Below, piece after piece: positions 27,266-40,102 of a stretch of DNA of 64,000 nucleotides (positions are counted from its first letter, which is position 1; each line of letters starts with the position of its first letter). The stretch covers positions 434,001 through 498,000 of the forward strand of contig MU058418.1 of the NCBI GenBank assembly GCA_013265495.1, in the 5' to 3' direction. A program made the position numbers and the translations under genes. The notes under the pieces were generated by a model that worked only from the letters and a program-made list of their open reading frames with translations, was not told the DNA's origin and ran no database searches. This DNA comes from Vicugna vicugna (taxonomy: Eukaryota).

Positions 27266-27361
27266 ATGGCAGAAATGGAGAAAGAAGGGAGACCTCCGGA
27301 AAATAAAAGGAGCAGGAAGCCGGCTCACCCAGTGAAAAGGGAGATCAATGAGGAAATGAAG
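27266..27361 (+). CDS. SOBP: SOBP coding exon 1 (96 nt, [32 protein letters not shown])
   Basis: Translation matches the SOBP N-terminus as I recall it; strong start context AACATGG; donor AAG|GTATAT at 27362; lies in a CpG island; phase 0 into exon 2. Confidence 0.96.
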
Positions 27362-30300
27362 GTATATTTGGACTTCGGGGCTGGAGAGACTGAGCTCTTT
27401 CTTCCGTCTGCTCCCTTTGGGCCGTTGTATGGATTTGGGGGGTACAGGGGAGCGCTTGTCAGTTTCTGTAGGATGCCCAGAACGCCTCAGCTCCTCCTCC
27501 AGGTGCAAAACAGAGGCCAACTCGCGGGTTGCGTCCCCGAGATTTGCCTATCTCAGATTCGATGAGGGTGGGGGGCGGCTGGGAGACCATATACTATTTA
27601 ACCTTATAAACCCCTGGTTGGTACACGCGCGTTTCAGAGGGAGGGGACCGGGGGCCCATGTGGCGTGTGGGCATGGTGAAGAGACTCCCTAGTCGGTGGA
27701 ATAGTTTTTCCCTCTTCTTCGGGAACCATCCTTTGGATCTCTCCAAAGTTAGGAGCCACCGGGCCGAGGCACCTCGGGAGCGCACAATTTCCCCCTCCCC
27801 CCAGTTCATCTCCCGGCTCCTCGATGCCGCTTCTCCCCTAGTAGCCAGCTGCGAGGGTATGAAGAGGCTGTCAAGTGCCGAAGCGAGTTGCGGCCCGAGC
27901 GGCGCGGGTCGGGTACCGTTTTGACGGCCGGCTCGCCTCGCCCGCCCCTGCCCGCTCCTCTCACTCGGCGGCCTCTGCCTCCCGCTTGCCTTTGCATGCT
28001 CCACTTCCCAGTTAAGCGGACCTGGGCAAGATCCACTGAAAGATAGCTGTCTGAGGGGCGGCCTTCGCAGAGCGCCTGCCCATTGTTCCGAAAGGCCAGC
28101 CCCGAGTCCTGTCGGCGAGGCCGAGTCCTGTCGGCGAGGCCGGGCTCCCCGCCAAGCCAGCGGTGCTCCAGAGGTGGCAAGCGCAGCAGCCTGACGCTCC
28201 AGCTGTTCGCGTTGGAGTGATTGCTCAAGACCGCTCAGCTCCGGACCTCCCTTGTCCCCCCACTTATTTTTCACGGAGTTGCAGCTTTCACGCGGCGAGG
28301 GTTTTATTTTGTGTTGATTTCATGAATCCCTTTTTATTTTTTTAAATTCTTTTATTGGTATTTTTTGTCTTTCTGTAAGTTACTAACAAGTAGCAGATTT
28401 CGGGGAGGGACTTTAGTTTTCATTCTGCAGCCGTCTTGGTGTTCCCCATCTTCTGCATAGAATCCTTAACACTGACAACTGACTTGGTCAGCTTGGTTGA
28501 ATTTGTATTTAAAAGACAAACGATGAAAATGGCAAGCAACTAAGTAAAATTTCTTGCAGTTTGACCTTGTCTTGATTAGAACAAGTATATTCTCAGAAGG
28601 TGCCTTGTATGAAGCCCGTATTTAGAAAGGGGCACATGGATAATACAACCTGTATGTGTACTTAGGTGCATATGCTTAGTGTTCCTTTCTTCTAGAAAAT
28701 GTCTGTAGCAATCTACATCTTGGAATTAGGGTTTTTATTTTGGGGTGAGGCCATTCCTTGGGATAGAAACCACCGTTGATTCCACTGATAGTTTTTTTTT
28801 TTTTTTAAAAAGAGACTGGTAGGAGTTGTTGTCTTCCCATGGGGGTGGAATTCAAACAGCCTACAATAACCATGATTCCTTACTCGCCCTTCTCTCCTGT
28901 CCTGCGTTTCCAGATTACTTTTCCATTTCATTTTAAATAGGGGGTGGAGGAAGAGGAGAGAGGTGAAGCCACTAAGAAATCACAGTGTGTGCTGGCCCTT
29001 TAAAACACTGCCTAATGTGATCTATATGGATGGCAGCTTTTAAGTTTCATAGGTTCTAGAATTACAAATTAGCTAATTTTAATCAAAACATGTGAAATGT
29101 TATCCCGGCTGGATATAAAGGCTGACTGTGCTCGATGCTTGGGGCTCACGTTGTTGACTTTGGCTGCGGGAGCACTCCGTGGTTTGGGAGATAGTTGTCC
29201 TTCTACAGTATAACAGATGTTTGTCTGAACTGGTGAGGAAGAAACAAAAACAACATTGTGTGAAGGGGAAAAATTACACAATTTTTAGCCAATGCTGCAG
29301 GACTAAGTATGGAATTAACCTTCGTGCACAGAATTTCCTCTTTTAAAAATGTTATTTTTTTCCCAAATCACCACCTACTATTTGAAATTTTAATCCTCAT
29401 CATTTCAGTACAGAGTAGCATTAAATAAGAAGTTTTATGCAGCAAATAACTCAATTGCCTGAAGGATCAGTATTTTCTCCCTACTTTAGAGCAGTGTATA
29501 AGAGAGATCCCTGGTGGAAATCTTCAGTTGTGTCAATGGACACCATGCCAGAGAGACATGAAATCCCATTTCTAGCAGAATTGTTCAGTATGCATTCTTC
29601 TAATATAATAGCACCCAAAGTCCTCTTTTAAAAGGTGATTTCGTTAAAGTCAAAAGGTGGAAGGGTTATTTTGAGCGCATTAATATTTTTCTGCTTTTAA
29701 TATTAATAACCATATCAATAAAACCCCTCCCCAAACCTCGTGGCATTACCACCCATCCATCTCCCCAAACCTAAAGTGTAGAGTAACATAACACGTTGAT
29801 TGCCCTGTATAAAAATACGTGTAACAAAATGTCACTGAGAACACAATGTGGCCTTGTGCAGCTTCATATCGGTGCTGCTGGAGCTGCCTGGCTGTGTTTG
29901 CCTTCATCTGAACGGCTTTCATTTGGACCAGTATAAACTAAGCCCTGGTAAGTAATCACTGCCCAGCAGAAAGAAAGGAATGTATACAGCTAGCACGGCC
30001 TAAGCTGTAAAAACGGAAACCTGAGCCCCCACCGTGGATCACATATCAAGGCTTGAAGGTAGGGGAAATGAAAGGGGGAAAGAGGAGAGAGCGAATGCAA
30101 AAGTCAGCCTGGGAAGTGGAGGATCAGGAGGAGGAGGCCCCCCTTAGGGAGATTTGGCTCAGGGATTAGGGAATTTTATCGTGGTGTACAGTGACCTACT
30201 CAGGTTTCAACACTGGTTGGATCAAGTTGCTTCTCCGCGAGCTGAAAGAAAAAGGACTGGTGTGTATGTGATTTTTTTTTTCCCCTTCGGGTAATAGAGG

Positions 30301-33300
30301 GGACATTGGTACAAGTGTCTATTTTAAGTACAGCAAATGCAGGGCACTGAGAATGAGCAACAAAATTGTCTCATCATAGAGATTTCCTTCAAGATTTCCT
30401 CACTGAGATAGTCACATATTTATTTAAACATGGCTGGAGAAGGCAAATTGGCAGAGGTTTAGCTGACACCAGTAATGGCATTGGAGGTTGTCTTCATGTG
30501 GCTGGGAGCTAATGTTGGTTGCTGTTTCACTAGATCAGATATTGAGTTACATTTTCGTTATCACTGGTTTAATGCACATGGCAGTTGTAACAAATTTAAA
30601 TTTGATACAATGTAATTTTGTGTGTGAAAAGTACATGACTTGGCATAGCTTTAGTGTCCTTTAGTGAAAATAGCTTCAAGTAGAAATGTTTGTCTCATTA
30701 TGACCTTTACAATGTTTCCTTATCTTTCCTTTTCTTCTTCCTCACTTCATCCTGGTTTTTCTTAATTAAAAATACTTGGTACTTTATTGTACTTATAGTC
30801 AGTCTGCCTTATTTAATTAGTGACCAATAGAGAGCATTTTAAAAAAATCAGATTGCAATGCAATTTATAAATTTTGACTACTTTCGGTTTCTAAAGCTCA
30901 CATGGATTATAATAAATGGATCTTAGGAGGGAATTCTGATATATAGAAGTGTTAATTCGTTTCAGGAGTTCATCTAGAACATTATATAAAAACTAATTTG
31001 TGATACTGGATATGTAAATACATGAATAAGTGTAAATATAGTTGCACTTAAGGGTATGTATTTTGTGCACATAGATCTTGGGGAACATGATTAATGACTA
31101 CCAAACAGTAATACAACTCAAAATAATCTAAACTGTGAGTAAAGAAAATGAGTCAGATTTTCATCTTTTAAAACTCTTTGACAAAACCAATGTGATTAGA
31201 TCAAGCACTCTGCCTTGGACACCTTCCTAAACAAACCATAATTAATGCACTTACAATGTTTGGCTTCCTTATCAATTGTTCAGCTCCAGGATAATCTGTG
31301 TTAAATGTCTCAGGGTCTCCTCTGCTGAAGAAGTTTTCTGTCTGTAAATGTTCTCAGTAAGTAATTTGTATCTAAAATTATGCTTCAGTCCTGGTGCCTG
31401 CAGTTAGAATCAGGCACATCTGTTAGAGTTTAGTAGTAAACTCACCATAAGATTTTCTAGTTTGGTTTCTGATGGTCTCCATTTGGCATTAAAAATGACC
31501 TGTGTTATTTGCATAGACAATAAAGCATATTGCAGAGCTGTGCTGGTGAGTGCAGTGATTTAATTAGCTTGCCATAAAAATTAAAAAAAATAAACAACTA
31601 GAGATATCACAGTGTGGGTTGGAGAAGTCAGCATATTTAAGGTTGAAATCAGCTCATTACTAAAACAGGTATACTTCAAGTTTTTCTCCTGAAACTCCAT
31701 CCTGATGTCAGAAACAGTAAGTCTCAGGAACCTAGAAAGTGAATTTGGGACCAGATCTCACTGTGACATTCACAAATGATGTCAGACTCCCGGGCTGAGC
31801 AGTGGTGCAACGTGTGCCATGTGTCAGGGCTGGGACCTGGCCCTTGCCCCTTGGAAGCTGGTATAGGATGTTCCTGAGCCTGCCAGCCCTGTCCTCCACG
31901 TTGCTGTCAGTTGTCCAGTGCAAGGCTCTAGTCTAAACCCATAAGAGAAGGTCCTGGGAGGGCACAGAGAGCTATGAATTCTGCTCTGTTCAAACTGGAG
32001 GTTTTCTGAAAAGAGTCTCTTTCTCCATCTGTGAACCTGTGAGTATGATGTGTGGCAGAGCGAGATTCTCTAAGCCTTATACAACTCGCAGGTTCCAGAG
32101 AGGAGGAAATGGAAAGGAACCACTCCACTTCCTCCCGAATCTGAAATAAACATTTGAACTAGAAGAAAATGAGTCTGACAGACTCATTCCCTTCTGCGTT
32201 TCCTGCCTCTGTGCTTGCCAAGCACTGCTCTGAGAAGCCAAGCCCTACTCTCCTTGTGTGAAAGACAGACTCATAGAAACCAAGAGGTAACAGAGTTTTT
32301 AAAGGAAAGTCAAAAACAGGGCCTCAAAAAAGGCAAATATCAGTGAATGCAAGTGACTGTCTGAGAAAGGAGAGTTCCAGGGAAACAGAGTGTCTTGCTA
32401 GGGTGACTAGACTTTTTATATCTTCTAAGAAAGTGTCTTTTTTATTGTCTTTATCCTTCTTTAAAAAAAATTTACTAGAAGTAGTAGAAGGTGGATCATT
32501 TGAAAATCTCTAAAGTCTAAAACTTTCTCTTGCGGAATGGGAAGTCAGCCACACTTGCACTCTCAAACTAATAAGATTATTGAATATTTTCCTAAAAGAG
32601 AAGGGATTTTACAGGCTAGAATGAAAAAAACCGCCGAACTTTGTTTTTGATGGTGCCAATTGAAACATGTAAACAGACAGGAAAGCCTGTGGTGAGTGAG
32701 ATTTACTGAATGTATATTTTAGGATCTGTGGACTGATGAGTATTAATAGCTTTTACATAACTAAGGGACCGTGGAACTCTGTCCTGCTGTAAGGCCAGTG
32801 GCTTTGGCATGGACAGGAAAACAATGTAACAAGTCTTGGCGATTTTGAGGCCAGTGCTGCAGCTGTGAAAAGACACAGCTGCACACAGCTGCACACCTGC
32901 CACGCCTGCCACAGTGTTAGCCCCAGGGCTGGTCTCTACAATTTCACAGCATTTGTTTGGCCTTTTTAGGATATTTGATGTCCTGGCCATTAAAACAGGG
33001 GGTGTAATTGTTCCATGTCACAACAAGATGATAAAACAACATAGAATTTTTAATGTGGAAACACATAATTTTGGTTTCATATGACGCTTAAGACTTTCTC
33101 CTCAGGTCTGCTCCAGGCCAGAGCTGGATTTTAGTGTTATGACATGTCCTCTGTCCTTAGAACTGCTTCATAATCATCGTGTTGTGGCTGAGAACAGTGC
33201 TGCAAAATGACCCAAATGGAGTGCAGTGACCATCTTCAAAGGATTTTGGGCCAAAAGTCTGTGTGTAGTTCAGATGAAAACAACAGGGCTCAATGAGTAA

Positions 33301-36300
33301 TGTCTGCACCAAGAGTATGAATCTGGCCACTCTTGTAGCAGGCATGTGGATGTGCCTCGAATCGGACATCTGTGGGGAGCAGCTTGTCCTTAGGATACCA
33401 TCTTATCCAGTGGGATCATGAGTGTGGAAGTGCTTTGTAGTCTGTAAAGGGCTCTTCCAACATTTCTTTCGCACTATTTAAATTTTTCCCGCTTCTTGGT
33501 AGAACCACAAAATATTACCGATCCACTAAGTCTGTGTTAAGAGAGATGACTTAAACTCAGCCCTTGGCCAGACCTGGGCATAGACAGAGCTAGAAACAGA
33601 CTTCTAATCAAGTGTAATTCCTACTTTCTACAGAAGAAACTGCCTCCCCCTGCCCTTTTAGAATCTTAATTAGCGAGTCCAGTGATCCTTTTCATAGAAA
33701 TCTATCTCGGAAGTCAGTCAGAACCCATGAAGGTGAAAAGGGAGATAAAATAACCATAATTCTATTATTCGAACCTTAAGTGGCAGAGATACTAGCATTT
33801 TTTTCCTGCCTTGTAAATTGTTCAGGATTGGGGGTTTCCTTTTGCTTTCAAAGTATTTCTCTTATGCTTCATTTTCTTGGATAATGTATGTCAGAATGTT
33901 TTGAAGTTAAGTACTGTAACTGACAGATCCTTTTATTGTCATTAGGACTGTGGATATGACTGACATGGTTCTCTATGAGAAGACTATGTTTTAACTAAGT
34001 TTTAATTAAAACTATTTTTTATTTTTATAAAAATAGCACATGGACATGACAGATCCAATAGAATAAGCAATACAAATAAGCAAAAAGAAAAACAAAGCCT
34101 ATAATTTTCCCACCCAGACACAATTACTGTCAACATTTTGATGTATGTCTTTTCATGTCCTTTTCTATGTGTGATGTATGTTTAAAAAAAATGGTCTTAT
34201 AGTATACTAACCTTCCTTTTAAAGCTTAATATATTGTTAATAGCTTTTCATGGCAGTAAAAATTTATCCATGGCATATATTTTAGTGGCAAAATAGTATT
34301 CCATTTTAGTTATTTCATGACTAAGCTGTAATTTATTTAACCAAATTCCTATTGTTTGGCATTTATTTGTTTCTAAGAAAACAACACAGATAAACATTCC
34401 TGAACATGCATATTTTAGCACCTATTTCCTCAGAATAGTCCTCACTCTGCTTAGAAATAAAATTGCTGAATCAAAGCGTAGATAGATACATTTTTAAGGC
34501 TTTTGTTGCATAGAGTCAAATCATCTTTTCTAAAAGTTGAGCTAACTTGAATTCTGAATAGTCTGAGAGTTCTCATTATCAGTGGATATTGCAAATTATT
34601 TTAACTTTCACATATTTAGTTTTAGAATCAGTTTTTCTGAATTTTGTTTGATCATTTTTCTATATTTATACATTAAAAAATATCTGTGGAATGTATCCAA
34701 ACATGTTAGCACATCTATTGAGTACATTCTAACTGGTAGGCATCGTGCTGAATGGGGCATAAGATGAAAAAAAAGTTTCTGTCCCCAAGTAACTTACAGG
34801 GTGTTTGGGAGAGATGACATATTTTACTAGCACTGTGGAGGGAAGTAGGACTTGGAGCGAAAATGGGAATTATGTTTGTGGGAAGAGGGAGGGCATGGCT
34901 TTTCCCTCATTTGAATGAATGATTGGGAGCTGTCTGAAAACTTTCTGCTTTCTTGGGTAGGATACCAAGTTGAAAACAGATCGACATTCAGTTATGCCAG
35001 GTCTGAGATGAAAGCAATCAGAGGAACCTACCCTGTATTTTTAAATTTGTTTGGTGTTTTCAAAGCAAAGTCATTAGTCCTTTCTGAAGACCTTGCATTT
35101 CAGAGGTATTTTGAGACTTTGTAATTACTGTGATTTTCAAAATGACTTGAAGTCAAGTCTTTATTATTTATCTAGTAAAATGTTCAATTAAAAACCATTT
35201 AGATTGAACTTTGACGTGCATACAGTACTTCTAGTTGAATAAGAAAGTGAATGTCCTGGGAATTAAGTTCCAACAAAAATAAATTTTGCCAGTATAGAAA
35301 GAACTCAGGGGAGTGGGGAAACAGTAGTTTCCTGTCTTACTGCTATCTTTCTATGACCTTTTTTTTTGTTTTAATTCTAGGAAGAGATCATGCTTTCAGA
35401 GTTAATGTTAAGATTTTCTTCTTTCCTTAGGAGCCCTGGAGGTGAGAGGGGGGAATTGGAAAGGGTGAAGAAGGGGTATGGGGATAAAGTATTAGAAGTA
35501 CAAAGCAATTAGAGTCAGGCGTGCTGTCAAAAATTGTCAAATGAGAAGATTAAATTTTAATTGCAAATTTTAAGAACCCATATTCCAATAATACAAATAA
35601 TTAAGGAGAGTAGGGGCCAATGAGCAAAGCTGGAAGCAAGCAAAGTTTAATGTAGCTAGATGTGTCCTTGTTGGAGAGCTCTTTATATGTGACGTTGACA
35701 TCCTGTGATATGATTTCCTTGCAATTCTTTGATTGGTCTGAAGAAGTAGTAGCTCCTTTGGAACTGCTGACACATTGGGCTGTACAGAATTTATAATAGA
35801 AAGAGTTCTGATATAAGAATCAGAAGATCTGTATTTTTGTTCTGACTTTACTGGATGATCTCTCCTGCCTGTCATTTACCTTCTGTATGCTCTCATTTTC
35901 TGTTGTGAAATGAGGATGTCACATAGGTTCATGAAAAGTTTATTGTGGAAATCAAATACCTAATGCATAGGGTTATTGACAGGAACAAGAGAGTTAAAGG
36001 ATGTGGAAACCCTATAAAGTGCTATAAGAGTGTTAGACATTATCATTATAATTATAGTGACCTATTTTCCAAACCCAAACTGGACCACATGGTATGAGAG
36101 AGGATTTTTGTGCCACTTCCAAGGGTGAGAGGCAGTCTGCAAAATGTGATTTGGATGCCAGAGTATTGACATTTCTGGCACATTTTGATGGTTTATGGTA
36201 ACAGTGATAAAATATTTGAGATAGTGGCTGTTCAGTAAAATTTATGATGTGTGATCACTGTAATTATGATACTTCTTTGCAAAAGGTATTTTATTTCTTG

Positions 36301-38329
36301 TATAAGTAGAAGCTCTTCAATTTCACAGAATTTTAGAGCTGGGAGGGGCTTTCAGAGACTCTACTTCGGTTTCTTGCTCTAAGTCTACAGGAGACATTCT
36401 GGGTGAAGATTTGGGGGGAAGCAAATTTTACAACTTCCCTTAGTACAATGGCTGGTCCTATTATTGAACATTCTTATCTCCAAAATCTCTCTGCATTTTA
36501 ACTCTTATCACCTTTATTTTCTGGTAGAAAAACTTGAAAACCCTTATGGGCTATAAACATTAAATTCACTTCTTCTAAAATGTATTATGTTTCTTGGATG
36601 GTAACTGGAAAAACCCATTTCATTTCTTTTGGTTTAGCACTGTTAACAAGCCCATATAATGTCTAGCATCCAATTCTATCTAGAAATGACACATTTTGAA
36701 TTATTAATTCCTTGGGGTTCTTTGATTTCTTAACAATAAGGTATAAGACAGAGGTAATAGTCTATTTCTTGTATTTATACAAGAAACTTTTGTGTTTGTT
36801 TTCTCTTTCATCTTGTTCCTCTTTTTATGAAAGGTTTGGGATTTATGGCTCAAGATTTTATAAGCCTTTTGTTTTCTGCTTTTGCTGTCATACATCAAAA
36901 CATTAAGGTGTTTATTTTTATTTTCAGTGACAAGAAAGGGAATGTTTTAGAGTTTATTTTCACTGACATTTATACTAACTCAAAAATCATGGAATAGATC
37001 AAGTTCATATTGATTGTTCTGTGAAGCCGCTGAGTTTTCAGCACAAACCATAAACCAAGTGATGCAGTTATGATGCCCAAATAATATGAATTTGGTGTTA
37101 ATAATCCAGTTGAGGTTTCAGTTTTTACCCAAATGTCTGAAACTTCTGGATCCCATCCCTGAGATTGGTTCTGAAAGGCTGAATGGATTTGCAGCTGGAC
37201 TAAAACAAACAAATCTATATCCTTGGCTGGGAGGTTGCTCCATGAATTATGCATCTGTAGCCTTTGTGTCACTTCAGAGGTTAGACAGAACCAGTGAGAG
37301 AGGCGCCTAAGATACAAATGGTCTAGAAAATTAGATACGATGGCCAGGAATTACTATGCAAAAGATTTTCTGTCTTTGGCACATTCCTCTTACAGATTGA
37401 GGCAAATAGTATACAGACCAATATGATGACTTGAACCTGGCTTTTAACACTGTTTCGAATTGGTTTTTTGATGCAAGGTGTAATCCTTATCCTTGGAGAT
37501 TGCTGCTGCCAGACCACTGATGGAGGACCTTGATTTGTGAGCTTAAGGACTGTCATTCTCCAGTCCAAGCACTCAGCTCAGTGTAAGAGATTGGATGTTA
37601 GGGGAGACTGACCATCATTAAAGGGATCTCTTTTGATTGAGTAGAGCAGCGTTTAGCCGAATCGTCCTCAGTGGTATTCCAGAAGTTGCCGAGCTTATTA
37701 CACATATCGATCATATCATCTTTGTGCATTCATGAAAAGAATGTCTATTTAATGTGGACATGACCAGCCATCAGAGAGAATAAATGCCCCACTAAAACTT
37801 GATATGGCTGACTGTTGGCCTTGTGGATGGTAGCACTGAATCAATCTGGCTAGATTTTTAAAAATTGCTTGTGCATTATAGTATCACAGATTGACCCATT
37901 TGGAGCTCTGAGCTCAAGTGGGTACTAAAGAAAAAAATAAAATAAAATCTGGCATCCTGTGGTAGTTTGAAATGCCTGGTTTGTTTTTGTGGAGTCAATA
38001 GTGTAATATCTTTTTTTTATGCAACCCCTGATGAAATCTAAAGTCGTGAAATTCAAGAGAACATGGAACTCACACGTTGAGGCTGTGCACACCCTGGTTT
38101 AGCCTGGGTGCTCTGTTTCAGGTATATAAATTCTATGTCCCAGTGTAATTCAGCAATGACAGCTTCTAGGGAGAATGAGAAAAGATTCTTTGAGCCACAG
38201 AGAAGGTTAGAATATATAGTTTTTCTAGCTTAGTCTAGGAAGCTCAGGCTGCCTTGCCAATAGAAGTGCCTTAAAAGAATTCATTCAACAAACATTTATT
38301 AAGTCCCTACTCTATAACATAGGGTCCTT

Positions 38330-38698
38330 CTTTTAACTTAAAAATTTTTTCCCCAGATTTAAAGAGATGTCCTTGACACATAACATTGTGTAAGTTTAAG
38401 ATGTACAATGTGTTGATTTGATACATTTATATATTATAAAACGATTACCAGCATCAGCTACCACCTCTATCCTGTCACATAGTTATCATTTCTTTTTTTG
38501 CAGTGAGAAGACTTAGGATGGACTCTCTTAACAACATTCAAGTATATGATACAGCGTTGTTAGCTGTAGTCACTATATTATACATTAGATCCTGAAATTT
38601 GTTAATCTTATAACTGGAAGTTTATAGCCTTTGATCAATATCTCCCCATTTCCCCCACCCTCCAACCCCTGGTAACCACCACTCTACTCTCTGTTTCT
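38330..38698 (-). mobile_element. L1 3'-UTR fragment (L1MA9-like)
   Basis: CCCCTGGTAACCACCACTCTACTCTCTGTTTCT and TTATAACTGGAAGTTT motifs typical of L1MA 3' ends. Confidence 0.78.
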
Positions 38699-38858
38699 CA
38701 GATAAAGATACTTTAATGCACTTACAAGCATTAAGATTTAGCAGTTGTTAAGTTCATTGAAAACAGTCATCTGACAGATTTAAATTTGTCCAACTATACC
38801 CATTATTTCCACAGCTTGATATCTATAAGAACAACAATGATCATACCTTACAATTATA

Positions 38859-39204
38859 CAGTTATTCCTCCACTATCCATGGGGGAGTAGTTCCAGGACA
38901 CCTCTCCTCCAATACTAAAATCCCCAAATCCAAGGATGCTCAAGTCCCTTACGTAAAAGGTGTAGTATTTTCATTATAACCTATGCACATCCTCCTGAAT
39001 CCTTTACTCATCTCCAGATTATTTATAATAACTGATACAATGTAAATGCTAGGTAAATAGTTGTAAATACAGTATAAATACTATGTAAATAGTTGTTTGC
39101 GTGGCAAAGTCAAGTTTTGATTTTTGGAACTTTCTGAAATTTTTTTACTAAATACTTTCCATAAATCTGCAGATGCAGAACCCGCAGATATGGAGGCCTG
39201 ACTG
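38859..39204 (+). mobile_element. MER2/MER2B (TcMar-Tigger) MITE
   Basis: TA|CAGT ... ACTG|TA termini with TA duplication; GGATGCTCAAGTCCCT and AACCTATGCACATCCTCC internal motifs. Confidence 0.85.
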
Positions 39205-39963
39205 TAAACTGATTTATAGTTCATAGAGTATTTTTATGTGTTATCCAAAACCTGGACTGGCTAGTAACCTTGAAGTTATTTGGTACTTTTATGTTACTTG
39301 TCAGAAGACAATCATAGTGACCTTTGATTTCATGGGGAAAGAATCTGTCACTAATGGAATTCATAAAGCAAATTAGGCTTCGATTTTTAAAGAATACTGT
39401 TATAAAAGGGAAAATCAACAAAGGAAACCCTTGTGGCCTATTCACCTTTCTGGATGGTAGTGGTTGACAATTGAGAAATTAATTCTTTGCTGAGATTTTG
39501 CTTTATGTGATATAAAAGTCATGTTAAGAAACACCACCTGAATTAGGAAGCAATTCTAATTTAAATTAATCTGAGTCACAAAATGGTCGATTGTTTTCAG
39601 TTTCAAATCTTTTCTTAGCTCTGTTTGTGCTTTACCTTTCAATATTTTTGTGTTAGTATGGGATATAGTCTTTGCAGAAGAATATGCCAAAATATGACTT
39701 CCTATTCGTAAGCAAAACTGATAAATACCTTTTTTCTTATTATCTCTAAATTGCAAATGTCTGAAAGCCCGTCATAATTGGATGCGTCATCCTGAGATTT
39801 AAATGCATGACAATTTTTGAACGTGTTTTGAAAAATGAACACGACTCTAAGGGAGGTACGGCAGGGCTGGCAGTGAACGGGTAGTGCAAACAGAATTTGA
39901 TTTATGCATTCCTTTCAAATAGTTATTGATTATATATGTAAGTAGCCTATGCTTCTCTTTCAG

Positions 39964-40102
39964 AACTTTGCAGAAAACACCATGAATGAACTCCTTGGCT
40001 GGTATGGCTATGATAAGGTTGAATTGAAAGATGGTGAAGATATTGAATTCAGGAGCTACCCTACAGATGGAGAGAGCCGGCAGCACATTTCTGTTCTCAA
40101 AG
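39964..40102 (+). CDS. SOBP: SOBP coding exon 2 (139 nt, [46 protein letters not shown]+G)
   Basis: Acceptor cttctctttcag| and donor AAG|GTAATG; open in the frame continuing exon 1; [12 protein letters not shown] is a conserved SOBP-family motif. Confidence 0.96.

Larger units (their letters stand above)
24590..28300. promoter_or_regulatory. CpG island / SOBP promoter region, extending into intron 1
   Basis: Abrupt rise in GC and CpG density relative to the AT-rich, CpG-depleted flanks; contains exon 1. Boundaries approximate. Confidence 0.88.

Noticed and set aside
27266..27565. 99-aa ORF as a standalone protein
   Set aside because: It is SOBP exon 1 read through the donor at 27362 into intron 1.
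24688..28345. Many overlapping ORFs, including a 226-aa minus-strand ORF at 27594-28274
   Set aside because: Expected from stop-codon scarcity in a CpG island; low-complexity R/G/P/A content and no recognisable domain.
39968..39973. Alternative acceptor TTGCAG 10 nt inside exon 2
   Set aside because: It would shift the frame, and the upstream acceptor has the stronger pyrimidine tract; no evidence of use.
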